From Candidatus Heimdallarchaeota archaeon (GTDB lineage Archaea > Asgardarchaeota > Heimdallarchaeia > Heimdallarchaeales > Kariarchaeaceae), in assembly GCA_015523565.1 (NCBI GenBank), contig WAKA01000134.1:1-22544 (forward strand): 22,544 bases of DNA, read 5' to 3'. The notes beneath the pieces are model-generated. The model was not told the DNA's origin, made no database searches, and worked only from the letters and a program-made list of their open reading frames with translations. Shown piece after piece: positions 1-9,093 of the stretch (position 1 is its first letter; every line of letters starts with the position of its first letter). The position numbers and the translations under genes are program-made.

Positions 1-225
1 CTCTTTACAATTTGTGGCATTGACTCGTTTAAATGTGATTAACTACAATGCTTATTCTGCCTAATTTCCTACAAACGTGGGTTTTACGAAAATTGTGAAA
101 AGGAAAAAAAGAAATCAAATATCCAAATTAAGGTCTTTTGTCAGTTAATCTTTCACAAATCACACAAATTTCAATTAATGTAGGTAAAACGAATGTTTTT
201 TTTATAGTTTTGCACTAAGGGTTTA

Positions 226-2727
226 ATGAAGGATAGTGTAACACTTTTCGTCATTATATTATTTCTCCCATATGCCTCCTTTTCCTACACCCCTCTTATC
301 ATGGGAAAAGGAGTGGGGGTCTCCTTAACCATGACAAACTCTTTGATAATTCATGGTGATGGTGATCTCCTAAATAAAACCGCTCAATTCGGGTGGTCAG
401 GAACAGGATCTGTCTTGGATCCCATAATCATTTCCAATCTTGAGATTGTGTTTGACAATTGGAGTCTCAATGCAATAGAAATTTCAAATGTATCATTGAG
501 TATAGTGATAAAGGATTCATTTCTAAATGGTTCTTTTCTTAATGGAATTTCTCTTTCCAATGTCTCAAGTGTGTCTGTCATGAGTTTGAATGTCACAAAC
601 TTTTCAGGAACTGGTATTTCTGTAAAGGGCTTTGGCAATGAAACTTTTACATTGGAACATTCATTTATCTCTGCAAATGGCAATGCAATAGATGCGTACA
701 ATTATTCTGCAATTTCCATCTCAGATTCACAGTTGAATGGTCAAAGAGGGATACGTTGCCAATTTTCAGGATGCGGGATCTTTAGAAATACAATAAGTGC
801 TAAGACTGGCTATGGCATTTACATTAACTATCCTTTTAATTTTGAAATAGCAAATAATTCCATTAGTTCTGAAACGAATGGCATTGATATTTACTCTTAC
901 TCACAACCATTGCAAGTAAATCCCGTTTTTGTTGTATCACAAAACTTGATTGTGACCAATTACTATGGCATAACGGCATATTTTACTCCTTTTTTGAATA
1001 TTACTGGAAATACCGTTTCAGGTGCCTTCTATGAATCAATTTACACATATTATACCTCAAATATGACCATTGATGACAATCATCTTGAATTTGGTGGAAT
1101 ATTTGTCAATCCCATAGAAACTGCAATATTTTCCATGAAAGGAAATACATTGGCTGGCATACCGATTTTCTATGGCAATGGCATTAATGACATGACCTTG
1201 ACTGATGTAAGCCAAGTATTTCTAATCAACTCATCAAATATTGATATTGACTCAAATATTCTGCAAATAAATACCGATGCTATTACCCTCATTAATTCAA
1301 CATCCATCTCAATAACTGGTTCTGTTTTAAACACTAAAAAAACAGGAATAACTGCTGAACACGTCAATGGTCTGACTGTTGAAGATCTTGTTTTTTCTGG
1401 AAATCAGGCATTTGACATTACTGATTCTGCAAATCTCATTCTTGCTTCAAATTTGATCAATGAAGAGTCTCAATCAAGGTATTATTCTGTCTCAAACATG
1501 CTCATACAAAATAACATGATCAATGGATATTTTGGATATTTGTATAATGCATCCCATGTCACAATTGAATCAAACCGTGTTTCAAACAATGATTTTGATG
1601 ACTATCCTATCCTTGATGGTGTTTTAATGGATATGCTTAACATTCGCGACAATTACCTGAGTGGTGGTGAAGACGGATTTGTCTTGGATTCTATTTTCAA
1701 TTCTACAATTTCATCAAATGTGATCTTGGAATCTGGCGGCACTGCCCTTCAATTTTCTTCATCATCAAATGTGTCCATTGTGAATAACATCATTGTTAAC
1801 CATCAAACAGGAATTTTAGGATCATTCTCCTCTCATGTTGTAATTTCTGATAATTGGGCATTTAATACATTGACAGGGGTCGAATTATCTGTGGCAGACA
1901 CTGCCCTGATATTCGGAAATGACCTTGATGGTTTTGATTTTGGAATATCTTTGCAAGATATCAGTAATTCGTCCCTATTCTCAAATATTTTTGTATCACC
2001 CAACAAAATCTCACGAATAAAGAACCTCTCAAATGTATCATTCACTTTCAATGATTTTGTCCAATCGGTTCCATTTTCTGTGATGATGGATAGTAGTTCT
2101 GGAAATTTCGCGAATGTAACTTTTGACCAAAATTACTGGTCTGGATATGAGGCAAATGACACCAATTCAGATGGCTTGGCAGATGATCCATATGAGGTTT
2201 ATCAAGGTGTTTTTGACAACAATAGCCACATTGATGCAAACAACGACCCAAGAAACGATATTCTTGTCATTCCAGACAATCTTGTTTTAATTGCAGAGGG
2301 CTCTCCCCAAGAGATATGTTGGACGATCAGCAATCTTCTGATTGCACCATATTCCCTTTTTGCCGATGGTGTCTTAATTGACGAAGGGTATCTCAATTCT
2401 TCCCAGTTCTGCTATTCGTTCACCCCTGCTGCAAATAAAAGCTCAACTGTGAATCTTTTGGTTCATGGGTACCTTGATCTAATCCAATCAAGTGTTGTCA
2501 TTATTCCTGCACCTTCAACCTCAACCCTGACGTCTATTTCGGAAACAACAAATCTAGAGACTATTACTGTTACAAAAACAGCTGAAGGACTTCCGTCTTT
2601 CTCTTCTTCTAGCTCTGTTGAATCATCCACATCTGAAACATCACCTTATCCATTGTTCTTTTTCTTGCTTACATTGTTTCTTGTCCCATATTACAAAAAA
2701 AGGAGGAACAAACTAAATGAAAATTAA
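226..2727 (+). CDS. Cell-surface right-handed beta-helix (NosD/PbH1-repeat) glycoprotein with C-terminal membrane anchor
   Basis: N-terminal signal peptide; motif GWSGTGSVLDPIIISN; Asn/Ile/Ser-rich parallel beta-helix repeats; NosD-type C-terminal motif NYWSGYEANDTNSDGLADDPY; Ig-like segment; Ser/Thr linker; TM helix and KKRR tail; more than 20 N-x-S/T sequons. Confidence 0.85.
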   Translation: MKDSVTLFVIILFLPYASFSYTPLIMGKGVGVSLTMTNSLIIHGDGDLLNKTAQFGWSGTGSVLDPIIISNLEIVFDNWSLNAIEISNVSLSIVIKDSFLNGSFLNGISLSNVSSVSVMSLNVTNFSGTGISVKGFGNETFTLEHSFISANGNAIDAYNYSAISISDSQLNGQRGIRCQFSGCGIFRNTISAKTGYGIYINYPFNFEIANNSISSETNGIDIYSYSQPLQVNPVFVVSQNLIVTNYYGITAYFTPFLNITGNTVSGAFYESIYTYYTSNMTIDDNHLEFGGIFVNPIETAIFSMKGNTLAGIPIFYGNGINDMTLTDVSQVFLINSSNIDIDSNILQINTDAITLINSTSISITGSVLNTKKTGITAEHVNGLTVEDLVFSGNQAFDITDSANLILASNLINEESQSRYYSVSNMLIQNNMINGYFGYLYNASHVTIESNRVSNNDFDDYPILDGVLMDMLNIRDNYLSGGEDGFVLDSIFNSTISSNVILESGGTALQFSSSSNVSIVNNIIVNHQTGILGSFSSHVVISDNWAFNTLTGVELSVADTALIFGNDLDGFDFGISLQDISNSSLFSNIFVSPNKISRIKNLSNVSFTFNDFVQSVPFSVMMDSSSGNFANVTFDQNYWSGYEANDTNSDGLADDPYEVYQGVFDNNSHIDANNDPRNDILVIPDNLVLIAEGSPQEICWTISNLLIAPYSLFADGVLIDEGYLNSSQFCYSFTPAANKSSTVNLLVHGYLDLIQSSVVIIPAPSTSTLTSISETTNLETITVTKTAEGLPSFSSSSSVESSTSETSPYPLFFFLLTLFLVPYYKKRRNKLNEN

Positions 2728-5251
2728 ATCTATTTCAATCTTCTTCTTAATACTTGTCTCTGTTGCACCGTCCCCATCATGGATGATGAACATGGCTCCC
2801 ACTTCTCCAATTCAAATCAAAAGGATTACAAACCAATTATTCATTATTTCTGGCAATCAGCAACTTTTGGATATGGCTCAAAACATGAGCTGGCCTGGAG
2901 CAGGAACATTTGACGATCCCATTATCATTTCAAATTCCGAATTTTTCTATGATAACTATGGTGGCACAACTGCATGGTCATTTTTCAAAACTACACTCTA
3001 CGTGCGCTTTGAAAATGTTGTCTTCAGAACCACTGAAACCACCAATTTCGAAGCTATGTTCTGGGCAATCGCATCAAAACATATTGAATTCAATAATACA
3101 AAGTTTATAGGTCCTGTAAATGGTGCTGCCTTACGAATAAATGCTGATGGTTTTGCAGATCAATCTACCCCAATATCTATTCATGATAGCTACTTTGACA
3201 CTTCTCCTTGGGCAATTGATGTCTTTGAGGCACATGATGTCAGTATTATAAAAAACACAATTGGTGCGACTAGTGGTGTCTTTATTCTTCGGACAGAAAA
3301 TGTTACTGTTGAAAAAAATTGGATAGTTTCTAATCAATATGGGATATATGCAAGTGAAAGTTTTGGCACAAATATTGTGGGAAATTCTATATCCTCAACC
3401 AATAAAGGTATTTGGGGAAATCTCTTGGAACTTCCAACTGTCAATGAAAATTCCATCAGAACAAAAATTGGCAGGGGAATTTCACTAAGTTCAACAGATT
3501 ATGCAGAAATTGATTCAAACATTGTTCATTCCCCTACAATTTCCATATCTGCCTATTCTTCATCAAATTATACTCTCACAAATAATGACTTGCATGGTGG
3601 TGGTATCGGAATAAACTTTGACAATAAAATCTATTGGCCGCTCAACGTGTCTGGCAATACTCTCAATGGGCTCAATGTCCTTTATGACATAGGGGGTCGA
3701 ACTTCCGATAAAGGAGGCGTCTATTCCCAAGCTTTTCTTATTGAAACCAAGAATGTGGCTTTTAAAATCGATGGACGAGGCATCGAAGACACTGCTGTCA
3801 CTATTATGCATTCCGATAACATTCAAATCACTGGTGGAAACATCTCAAAGGCTTTTACTGGTATTGAAATATTTAATTCTTCGCGAATTTCCATCTCAGA
3901 CCTCGACATTAGACATGTCTATGAAGGAATTGCTGTTTCGCAATCCACTTATATCTCTATCCAAAATGTATTTTTTGAAAACATTCAGGACTCCGCAATT
4001 TCTTTCTACAATGTTAACTATTCTGAAATATTTCAAAATATTCTTTATGATGGCTCATTTTACTATGCATATAAAGGTAACAATGTGTTAATTAGACATA
4101 ATGTGTTGATAGGCAACAATTTAGACGATTTGATCTCTTCTTCCTATTCAAAATCAGTAAAAATTTTGGGAAACTATTTTGATAACGGTGAAACTGCAAT
4201 CTCCAGCAATGAGGTAGATGCCCTTTCCATATATGGAAATACAATCTTAGACATGAGTACTTTTGCATTAACTCTTTATAACACCTACAATGTTTCTATC
4301 TCCAAAAATTACCTTTCCACCTTTGGGTTTGGAATCCTCCTTTATTCCATTGTGAACCTTACCTTTTTTGATAATCTCCTCGATGCATATCTCGGAAATG
4401 GATTGTATGGATCTTATATTGACATGGCACTCGTGAGTAGAAACATCTTTCGTGGAGATGGCGGAATGGATTTCTATTCCGTTACTAACTCGTCTATATA
4501 TAGGAACATTTTTGATACGAATGGACTACAACCTATAATCGACCTAATGGATGTGGACATTGAAATCGCAGAAAATGATTTTTATGGAAATTCAACTAAT
4601 TTTATTAAGCAAGATCAATCAGATGTGATTGTCCATAACAACTTTTGGGAACCATGGAGAAGTCCCGATGTCGATGCAAACGGTATTGTCGACTTGCCAT
4701 TCGATGCAGGCTCTAATATCACCGACCCAAAACCTATGGTCAACCCTAACTTGGATATAATTTTCACAACCATTGTAACTCCTGTAAGCAATGAGATAAA
4801 ACTGAAAGAAAACAATGGATCTGTAACTGTCTGGCACCTACAAACTTCCTTCCCGTCGTTATATGAGATCTATTTGAATGGGAGCATTTTTAGTTCTGGT
4901 CTGTTAAATTCGTCCATTTCATCAATTAGTTTAAACATAACCGATCTTAATCCAGGGATTTATGTATTTTCGCTTTGGATGTTTCTAGGCTCACAAGTAT
5001 TTGTTTCTACTATTGTTCTTTATCTTAATGCTTCACTTAGCACTCCTTTAACGACTACGGTCATCATATCAACAGTCATATCAAAAACTACGATTACAAC
5101 AACCATATCGACTGAAATGGGAACAATGAACAAATCATCAATTGTGACTACCAGCACGTCCTCATCCCCCCTCCCTCTTATAGCTGTTTTCATACTTCTT
5201 CCCACGGTGATTTTCTTCAGAAGAAAGAAGTCCCTCAATAAGAAACCTTGA
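2717..5251 (+). CDS. Paralogous cell-surface beta-helix (NosD/PbH1-repeat) glycoprotein with C-terminal membrane anchor
   Basis: Same architecture as 226..2727: SWPGAGTFDDPIIISN, beta-helix repeats, NFWEPWRSPDVDANGIVDLPF, Thr-rich linker, TM and RRKK. Overlaps the upstream gene by 11 nt. Confidence 0.85.
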   Translation: MKIKSISIFFLILVSVAPSPSWMMNMAPTSPIQIKRITNQLFIISGNQQLLDMAQNMSWPGAGTFDDPIIISNSEFFYDNYGGTTAWSFFKTTLYVRFENVVFRTTETTNFEAMFWAIASKHIEFNNTKFIGPVNGAALRINADGFADQSTPISIHDSYFDTSPWAIDVFEAHDVSIIKNTIGATSGVFILRTENVTVEKNWIVSNQYGIYASESFGTNIVGNSISSTNKGIWGNLLELPTVNENSIRTKIGRGISLSSTDYAEIDSNIVHSPTISISAYSSSNYTLTNNDLHGGGIGINFDNKIYWPLNVSGNTLNGLNVLYDIGGRTSDKGGVYSQAFLIETKNVAFKIDGRGIEDTAVTIMHSDNIQITGGNISKAFTGIEIFNSSRISISDLDIRHVYEGIAVSQSTYISIQNVFFENIQDSAISFYNVNYSEIFQNILYDGSFYYAYKGNNVLIRHNVLIGNNLDDLISSSYSKSVKILGNYFDNGETAISSNEVDALSIYGNTILDMSTFALTLYNTYNVSISKNYLSTFGFGILLYSIVNLTFFDNLLDAYLGNGLYGSYIDMALVSRNIFRGDGGMDFYSVTNSSIYRNIFDTNGLQPIIDLMDVDIEIAENDFYGNSTNFIKQDQSDVIVHNNFWEPWRSPDVDANGIVDLPFDAGSNITDPKPMVNPNLDIIFTTIVTPVSNEIKLKENNGSVTVWHLQTSFPSLYEIYLNGSIFSSGLLNSSISSISLNITDLNPGIYVFSLWMFLGSQVFVSTIVLYLNASLSTPLTTTVIISTVISKTTITTTISTEMGTMNKSSIVTTSTSSSPLPLIAVFILLPTVIFFRRKKSLNKKP

Positions 5252-5310
5252 GCGCACCTTATCGCATTCCTTTTTAAGATTGATGTGAATTGTCAATTGT
5301 CTTCAGTAGG

Positions 5311-5426
5311 TTTCACTAGTTTGGAACCACTTTAATCGATCGTTTCCTTTGCCCCTGTGGCAATCAACGACGATGCATAAATGCTTTGCTGCACTCTTTT
5401 TGTGAACGGTCGATTAAAGGTTGAAA
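5311..5426 (+). ncRNA. Putative structured cis-regulatory leader RNA upstream of the rpl32e operon
   Basis: 5330-5345 (CTTTAATCGATCGTTT) pairs with 5404-5419 (GAACGGTCGATTAAAG): 16 contiguous pairs, the only non-Watson-Crick ones being two U-G wobbles on the + strand. Encloses hairpin TTGCC-cctgt-GGCAA (5349-5363). Confidence 0.45.
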
Positions 5427-5447
5427 TGACGGTAGGATGTAATAAAC

Positions 5448-5960
5448 ATGAGTGACAGGAAAGAACGGTTGCTTAGGATCAAGGCCGAAAAAAACAGAAG
5501 AAGACCAAAGTTCCTGAGGTCTGAATGGCATCGGCTCAAAAGACTAAGAACCTCTTGGAGAAAGCCAAAGGGTATCGACAACAAGATGCGCCACAAACTT
5601 AAGGGAAAAAGGAAAATGCCCACCACAGGCTACAAGAATCCCAAGGAAGTTCGTGGTCTCCATCCCTCTGGTTTTGAAGTGGTTCGAGTCTTCAATCCCG
5701 ATGATCTTGAAAATGTAGATCCGGAAACGCAAATCGCACAGATTGCAAGGACAGTTGGAACCAAAAAAAGGATCGAAATCATCGAATTGGCTGAGGAATT
5801 GGACATTCACATCATCAATCCGCAAATTAGACGCCGTGAACAGGTTTTGGAGGAAGAAGAGGAGGTGCCTTACACAGAAGAGGACTTTGCCCTTGCTGAA
5901 GAGGAAGATGAAGATGTTGACCTTTCCGAAGCCATAGACGAGGAGGAAAGTGAAGAATGA
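5448..5960 (+). CDS. rpl32e: 50S ribosomal protein L32e (eL32) with acidic C-terminal extension
   Basis: RRPKFLRSEWHR...WRKPKGIDNKMR...GYKNPKEVRGLHPSG...IARTVG; position at the head of the L32e-L19e-L18-S5-L30-L15 order. Confidence 0.97.
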   Translation: MSDRKERLLRIKAEKNRRRPKFLRSEWHRLKRLRTSWRKPKGIDNKMRHKLKGKRKMPTTGYKNPKEVRGLHPSGFEVVRVFNPDDLENVDPETQIAQIARTVGTKKRIEIIELAEELDIHIINPQIRRREQVLEEEEEVPYTEEDFALAEEEDEDVDLSEAIDEEESEE

Positions 5961-6430
5961 CGGACGTACGTGCACAGAGACGAATCGCCGCAGAACTTAT
6001 GGGCGTCGGCATCAACAGAGTCTTGATCAAGGAAGAGTTCCTTGGAAGAGTGGCGTTGGCCTTAACTAGGAGTGATGTAGGTAAACTTATAACCAGTGGT
6101 GCCATTACAAAACGACGTGTTGTTGGTACCAGCCGAAGAAGAGCAAGAGAAAGACATCACAAACATAAAAGAGGTCAAAGAAAGGGACCTGGATCCAGAA
6201 AAGGTTCCAAAAATGCCCGTGAAAATCAAAAAAGGGTATGGATCAATAAGATCAGGGCTCAGAGAAAATACTTGAGAAAACTTAGGGATGAAGGCTACTT
6301 GACTCCCCATACCTATCGAAAATTGTACTTGCAAGCAAAAGGCAATCTCTTCAGAAGCGTCCGCTATCTGCACAACTACATTGCAGAAAGAGACCTTGCA
6401 AGTAAGAAACTGCCACCATTCCAGAGGTGA
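5957..6430 (+). CDS. rpl19e: 50S ribosomal protein L19e (eL19)
   Basis: QRRIAAELMGVGINRV, RKGPGSRKG, WINKIRAQRKYLRKLRD, YRKLYLQAKG; ATGA overlap with rpl32e. Confidence 0.97.
   Translation: MTDVRAQRRIAAELMGVGINRVLIKEEFLGRVALALTRSDVGKLITSGAITKRRVVGTSRRRARERHHKHKRGQRKGPGSRKGSKNARENQKRVWINKIRAQRKYLRKLRDEGYLTPHTYRKLYLQAKGNLFRSVRYLHNYIAERDLASKKLPPFQR
6425..6430 (+). promoter_or_regulatory. Shine-Dalgarno motif AGGTGA (also at 7025-7030 and 7657-7662 on +, and 10455-10460 on -)
   Basis: The same hexamer lies 3-8 nt upstream of four start codons and is complementary to the archaeal 16S anti-SD. Confidence 0.8.
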
Positions 6431-6435
6431 ATTGA

Positions 6436-7026
6436 ATGGCTCATGGTCCAAGATATCGTGTTCCTCTCAGAAGAAGAAGAGAGGGGAAAACCAATTACTA
6501 TAAAAGACGAGAACTCCTGAAATCAGGAAGAAATAGGCTGGTCGTTCGAAAAACTGCCCGAAACATCATTGTACAGTTTATCGAATCCGTTGCAGAAGGC
6601 GATAAGGTCCTGCTTGCAGTCACCAGCATGAAACTTCCTGAATATGGATGGAAAATCACTGGTGGCAATATCCCTGGTGCATACCTAACTGGTTATCTTG
6701 CAGGAAAAATGGCATTGAAGGCAGGAATTGAAGATGCAATCCTTGACTTGGGAACACAAGTGCCCCAGCATGGCACCCGACTCTTTGCCGCCCTAAAAGG
6801 AGTCATTGACGCCGGTGTTGACATCCCCGCTGGCGAAGGCATTTTCCCTGAAGAAAACATCATCAGGGGAGAACATATCAAGAACTATAGTCAAAGACTC
6901 AAGGAAGAGGACAAGGATCTTTACAAGCAAAGATTTGCAGGATACTTGAAAGCCAAACAGAATCCTGAGAAGATTGAGTCCTTCTTTGACAAGACTGTCG
7001 AGACAATCGACAAGGCATTTGCTTAG
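6436..7026 (+). CDS. rpl18: 50S ribosomal protein L18 (uL18, archaeal type)
   Basis: MAHGPRYRVPLRRRREGKTNYYKR...RLVVRKT...AYLTG; AGGTGA at 6425-6430. Confidence 0.97.
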   Translation: MAHGPRYRVPLRRRREGKTNYYKRRELLKSGRNRLVVRKTARNIIVQFIESVAEGDKVLLAVTSMKLPEYGWKITGGNIPGAYLTGYLAGKMALKAGIEDAILDLGTQVPQHGTRLFAALKGVIDAGVDIPAGEGIFPEENIIRGEHIKNYSQRLKEEDKDLYKQRFAGYLKAKQNPEKIESFFDKTVETIDKAFA

Positions 7027-7036
7027 GTGAAAAATT

Positions 7037-7657
7037 ATGAGTAGACCAATACTGGACGAGTGGGAACCCAAAACCAAACTCGGAAAAGATGTCATCGAAG
7101 GAAAAGTGACCAGCATCGAAGAAATCTTCAAGCAAGGTCGCGTCATCCGTGAATGGCAAATTGTTGACTTCCTGCTACCAAATATCGATGACCATGTTTT
7201 ACAAATCAAACTTGTCCAAAAAATGAGTAGGGCAGGAAGAAAGAGGCAATTCAGGGCAACTGCCGTTGTCGGTAACAAGGCAGGCTATGTCGGAGTCGGA
7301 GAAGCAAAGCTTAAGGAAGCAGGACCTGCAATCCGAAAAGCAATCCTGAATGCAAAATTGAATATCGCTCCTGTCAGAAGGGGCTGCGGATCATGGGAAT
7401 GTAACTGCGGTGGGAATCACAGCATTCCATTCAAAACACGTGGAAGCTGTGGATCCGTTCGTGTCGAATTGATCCCCGCTCCCAGAGGACTTGGATTGGC
7501 CGCTGGTGAAGTCGCCAAAACCGTTCTCTCATTCGCAGGCATTCAAGACATCTGGAGCCGAACATCGGGACAGACCTCAACTACCAGCAATTATGCAATT
7601 GCAACCTTTGAGGCTCTGAAGAATACCTACAAGGTACTCCCCCCAACCGAATGGTAA
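7037..7657 (+). CDS. rps5: 30S ribosomal protein S5 (uS5)
   Basis: [49 protein letters not shown]; AGGTGA at 7025-7030. Confidence 0.97.
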   Translation: MSRPILDEWEPKTKLGKDVIEGKVTSIEEIFKQGRVIREWQIVDFLLPNIDDHVLQIKLVQKMSRAGRKRQFRATAVVGNKAGYVGVGEAKLKEAGPAIRKAILNAKLNIAPVRRGCGSWECNCGGNHSIPFKTRGSCGSVRVELIPAPRGLGLAAGEVAKTVLSFAGIQDIWSRTSGQTSTTSNYAIATFEALKNTYKVLPPTEW

Positions 7658-7670
7658 GGTGATGATGATT

Positions 7671-8147
7671 ATGGCAGAACAAGAAATTTATGCAATCATA
7701 AGGCTCAGGGGTGAACCTGACACGCATCACTCCATCAGGAAAACTCTCTCCCTTCTCAGGCTCCATAAAGTCAATCATGCTGTTGTCTATCCCAAAACAT
7801 CAAGTCTTGAGGGAATGCTCTTCAAGGCAAAAGACAAAGTCACTTGGGGAACTGTTGACAAGCCAACGCTTGTGCACTTGCTGAGAAAACGAGGAGAACT
7901 TATCGGTCGAAAGAGACTGACTGATGAGTATATAAATGAGAACACCGAATATGGCTCAATCGAGGAATTCGTTGATGCAATCTTTGAAGGAAAGGCAAAA
8001 CTGACTGACATCCCCGGATTGAAGCCAGTATTCCGGCTTTCTCCTCCACGAAAAGGTTTCAAGTCACTCAAACATTCATACAATGACAAGGGTGATCTTG
8101 GCTATAGGGGAGAAAATATGAAAAACCTGATTATGAGGATGGCGTGA
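7671..8147 (+). CDS. rpl30: 50S ribosomal protein L30 (uL30, archaeal long form)
   Basis: AIIRLRG...TLSLLRLHKVNH...VTWG...KPVFRLSPPRKGF...GDLGYRG. Start moved from 7659 to ATG 7671 because AGGTGA lies at 7657-7662. Confidence 0.96.
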   Translation: MAEQEIYAIIRLRGEPDTHHSIRKTLSLLRLHKVNHAVVYPKTSSLEGMLFKAKDKVTWGTVDKPTLVHLLRKRGELIGRKRLTDEYINENTEYGSIEEFVDAIFEGKAKLTDIPGLKPVFRLSPPRKGFKSLKHSYNDKGDLGYRGENMKNLIMRMA

Positions 8148-8149
8148 AA

Positions 8150-8614
8150 ATGACAGTCAGAAGATCAAGAAAAGTACGAAAACAAAGAGGCAGCAGATCC
8201 CATGGATATGGTGTCGTCAAGGATCACAAAGGAAAGGGAATGTCTGGTGGTGCTGGAAAGGCGGGTCTCTTCAGCCATCGATGGCTTCAGGCAATCAAGG
8301 AAGCCAAAAAAGCCCGAAGAAAAAACATCACAGGGAAATACGGGTTCATCAGACCCCAACAATACCTCAAGAAATACCCTGTCATCAATGTGTCCCACCT
8401 TAATGCATCAATCGATACTCTCGTCAAAAAGGGAAAGGCAACAAAGGAAGGTGACAAGTATGTCATTGACCTTTCCAAGCTTGGCATCAAGAAACTCCTG
8501 TCTCAAGGAGATATAACCAAGGCCATGGACATCACTGTTGAAATGGCAACAGAACGTGCCATCGCAAAAGTCGAAGAGGCTGGTGGATCAGTCACCCTCC
8601 TTGAAGAAGAATAA
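8150..8614 (+). CDS. rpl15: 50S ribosomal protein L15 (uL15)
   Basis: RKQRGSRSHGYG, GGAGKAG, INVSHL, AIAKVEEAGG. ATG 8150 preferred over GTG 8144. Confidence 0.96.
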   Translation: MTVRRSRKVRKQRGSRSHGYGVVKDHKGKGMSGGAGKAGLFSHRWLQAIKEAKKARRKNITGKYGFIRPQQYLKKYPVINVSHLNASIDTLVKKGKATKEGDKYVIDLSKLGIKKLLSQGDITKAMDITVEMATERAIAKVEEAGGSVTLLEEE

Positions 8615-8625
8615 GCATCAAATTC

Positions 8626-9021
8626 CTAATCTTGTTGATCATCTTTTCCAAACCATTCATCCAATTCCTCAACTTTTTCAACTGCGATCTTATGCCAATT
8701 CCCAATCAAATCAAGGATCTGCCTTTTCAGTTCACCAACATCTATGGCACTGTATTCATACCAATAGCCCCTTTTGCCTTCTGCACTGGTTTTCTTCCTC
8801 ATAACCAATTTGTTGTCTGTCAATGTCTTCAGGCACCTGTTGACCAGCACCCTGTCTTTTCGATTTAGCTTTTCCATGACAGCATTCACATCTGCATTCT
8901 TTAATTGCATCACTATTTCAAATGTCTTTAGTTCAATATAGTTTAACCCATATATGGTCTGCAGAAATTCCTTTAGGTCAAAATTGCCCTTAAAAAAAGT
9001 ACGTAAGGATGAAGAATCCAT
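8626..9021 (-). CDS. TrmB-like winged-HTH transcriptional regulator (COG3355-like)
   Basis: IYGLNYIELKTF...LNRKDRVLVNRCLKTLTDNKLVMRKK...RGYWYEYSAI...W pattern typical of this archaeal family. ATG 9021 preferred to TTG 9045. Confidence 0.75.
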   Translation of the reverse strand: MDSSSLRTFFKGNFDLKEFLQTIYGLNYIELKTFEIVMQLKNADVNAVMEKLNRKDRVLVNRCLKTLTDNKLVMRKKTSAEGKRGYWYEYSAIDVGELKRQILDLIGNWHKIAVEKVEELDEWFGKDDQQD

Positions 9022-9093
9022 TTCCTTTGTTAAGTACGTGTCCAATTTTAATAAGTTTTGTGAGCACTTTCATAAATAAATCGATTTGTTGCA

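Noticed and set aside
1-63. Possible 3' end of an upstream gene (frame 2, ending TAA at 62-64)
   Set aside because: Only 20 codons are visible, so it cannot be supported.
384-5238. Many short alternative-frame and antisense ORFs inside the two surface-protein genes
   Set aside because: Shadow ORFs fully overlapping long, well-supported genes, with no recognisable motifs.
5330-5419. tRNA, 5S rRNA or SRP RNA as the explanation for the structured region
   Set aside because: No T-loop/D-loop consensus, 5S motifs or SRP helix-8 motif recognised; kept as an unknown leader instead.
5414-8868. Antisense and alternative-frame ORFs over the ribosomal cluster (e.g. 5544..5975, 6793..7278, 8202..8516)
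   Set aside because: They overlap unambiguous ribosomal-protein genes or the adjacent regulator.
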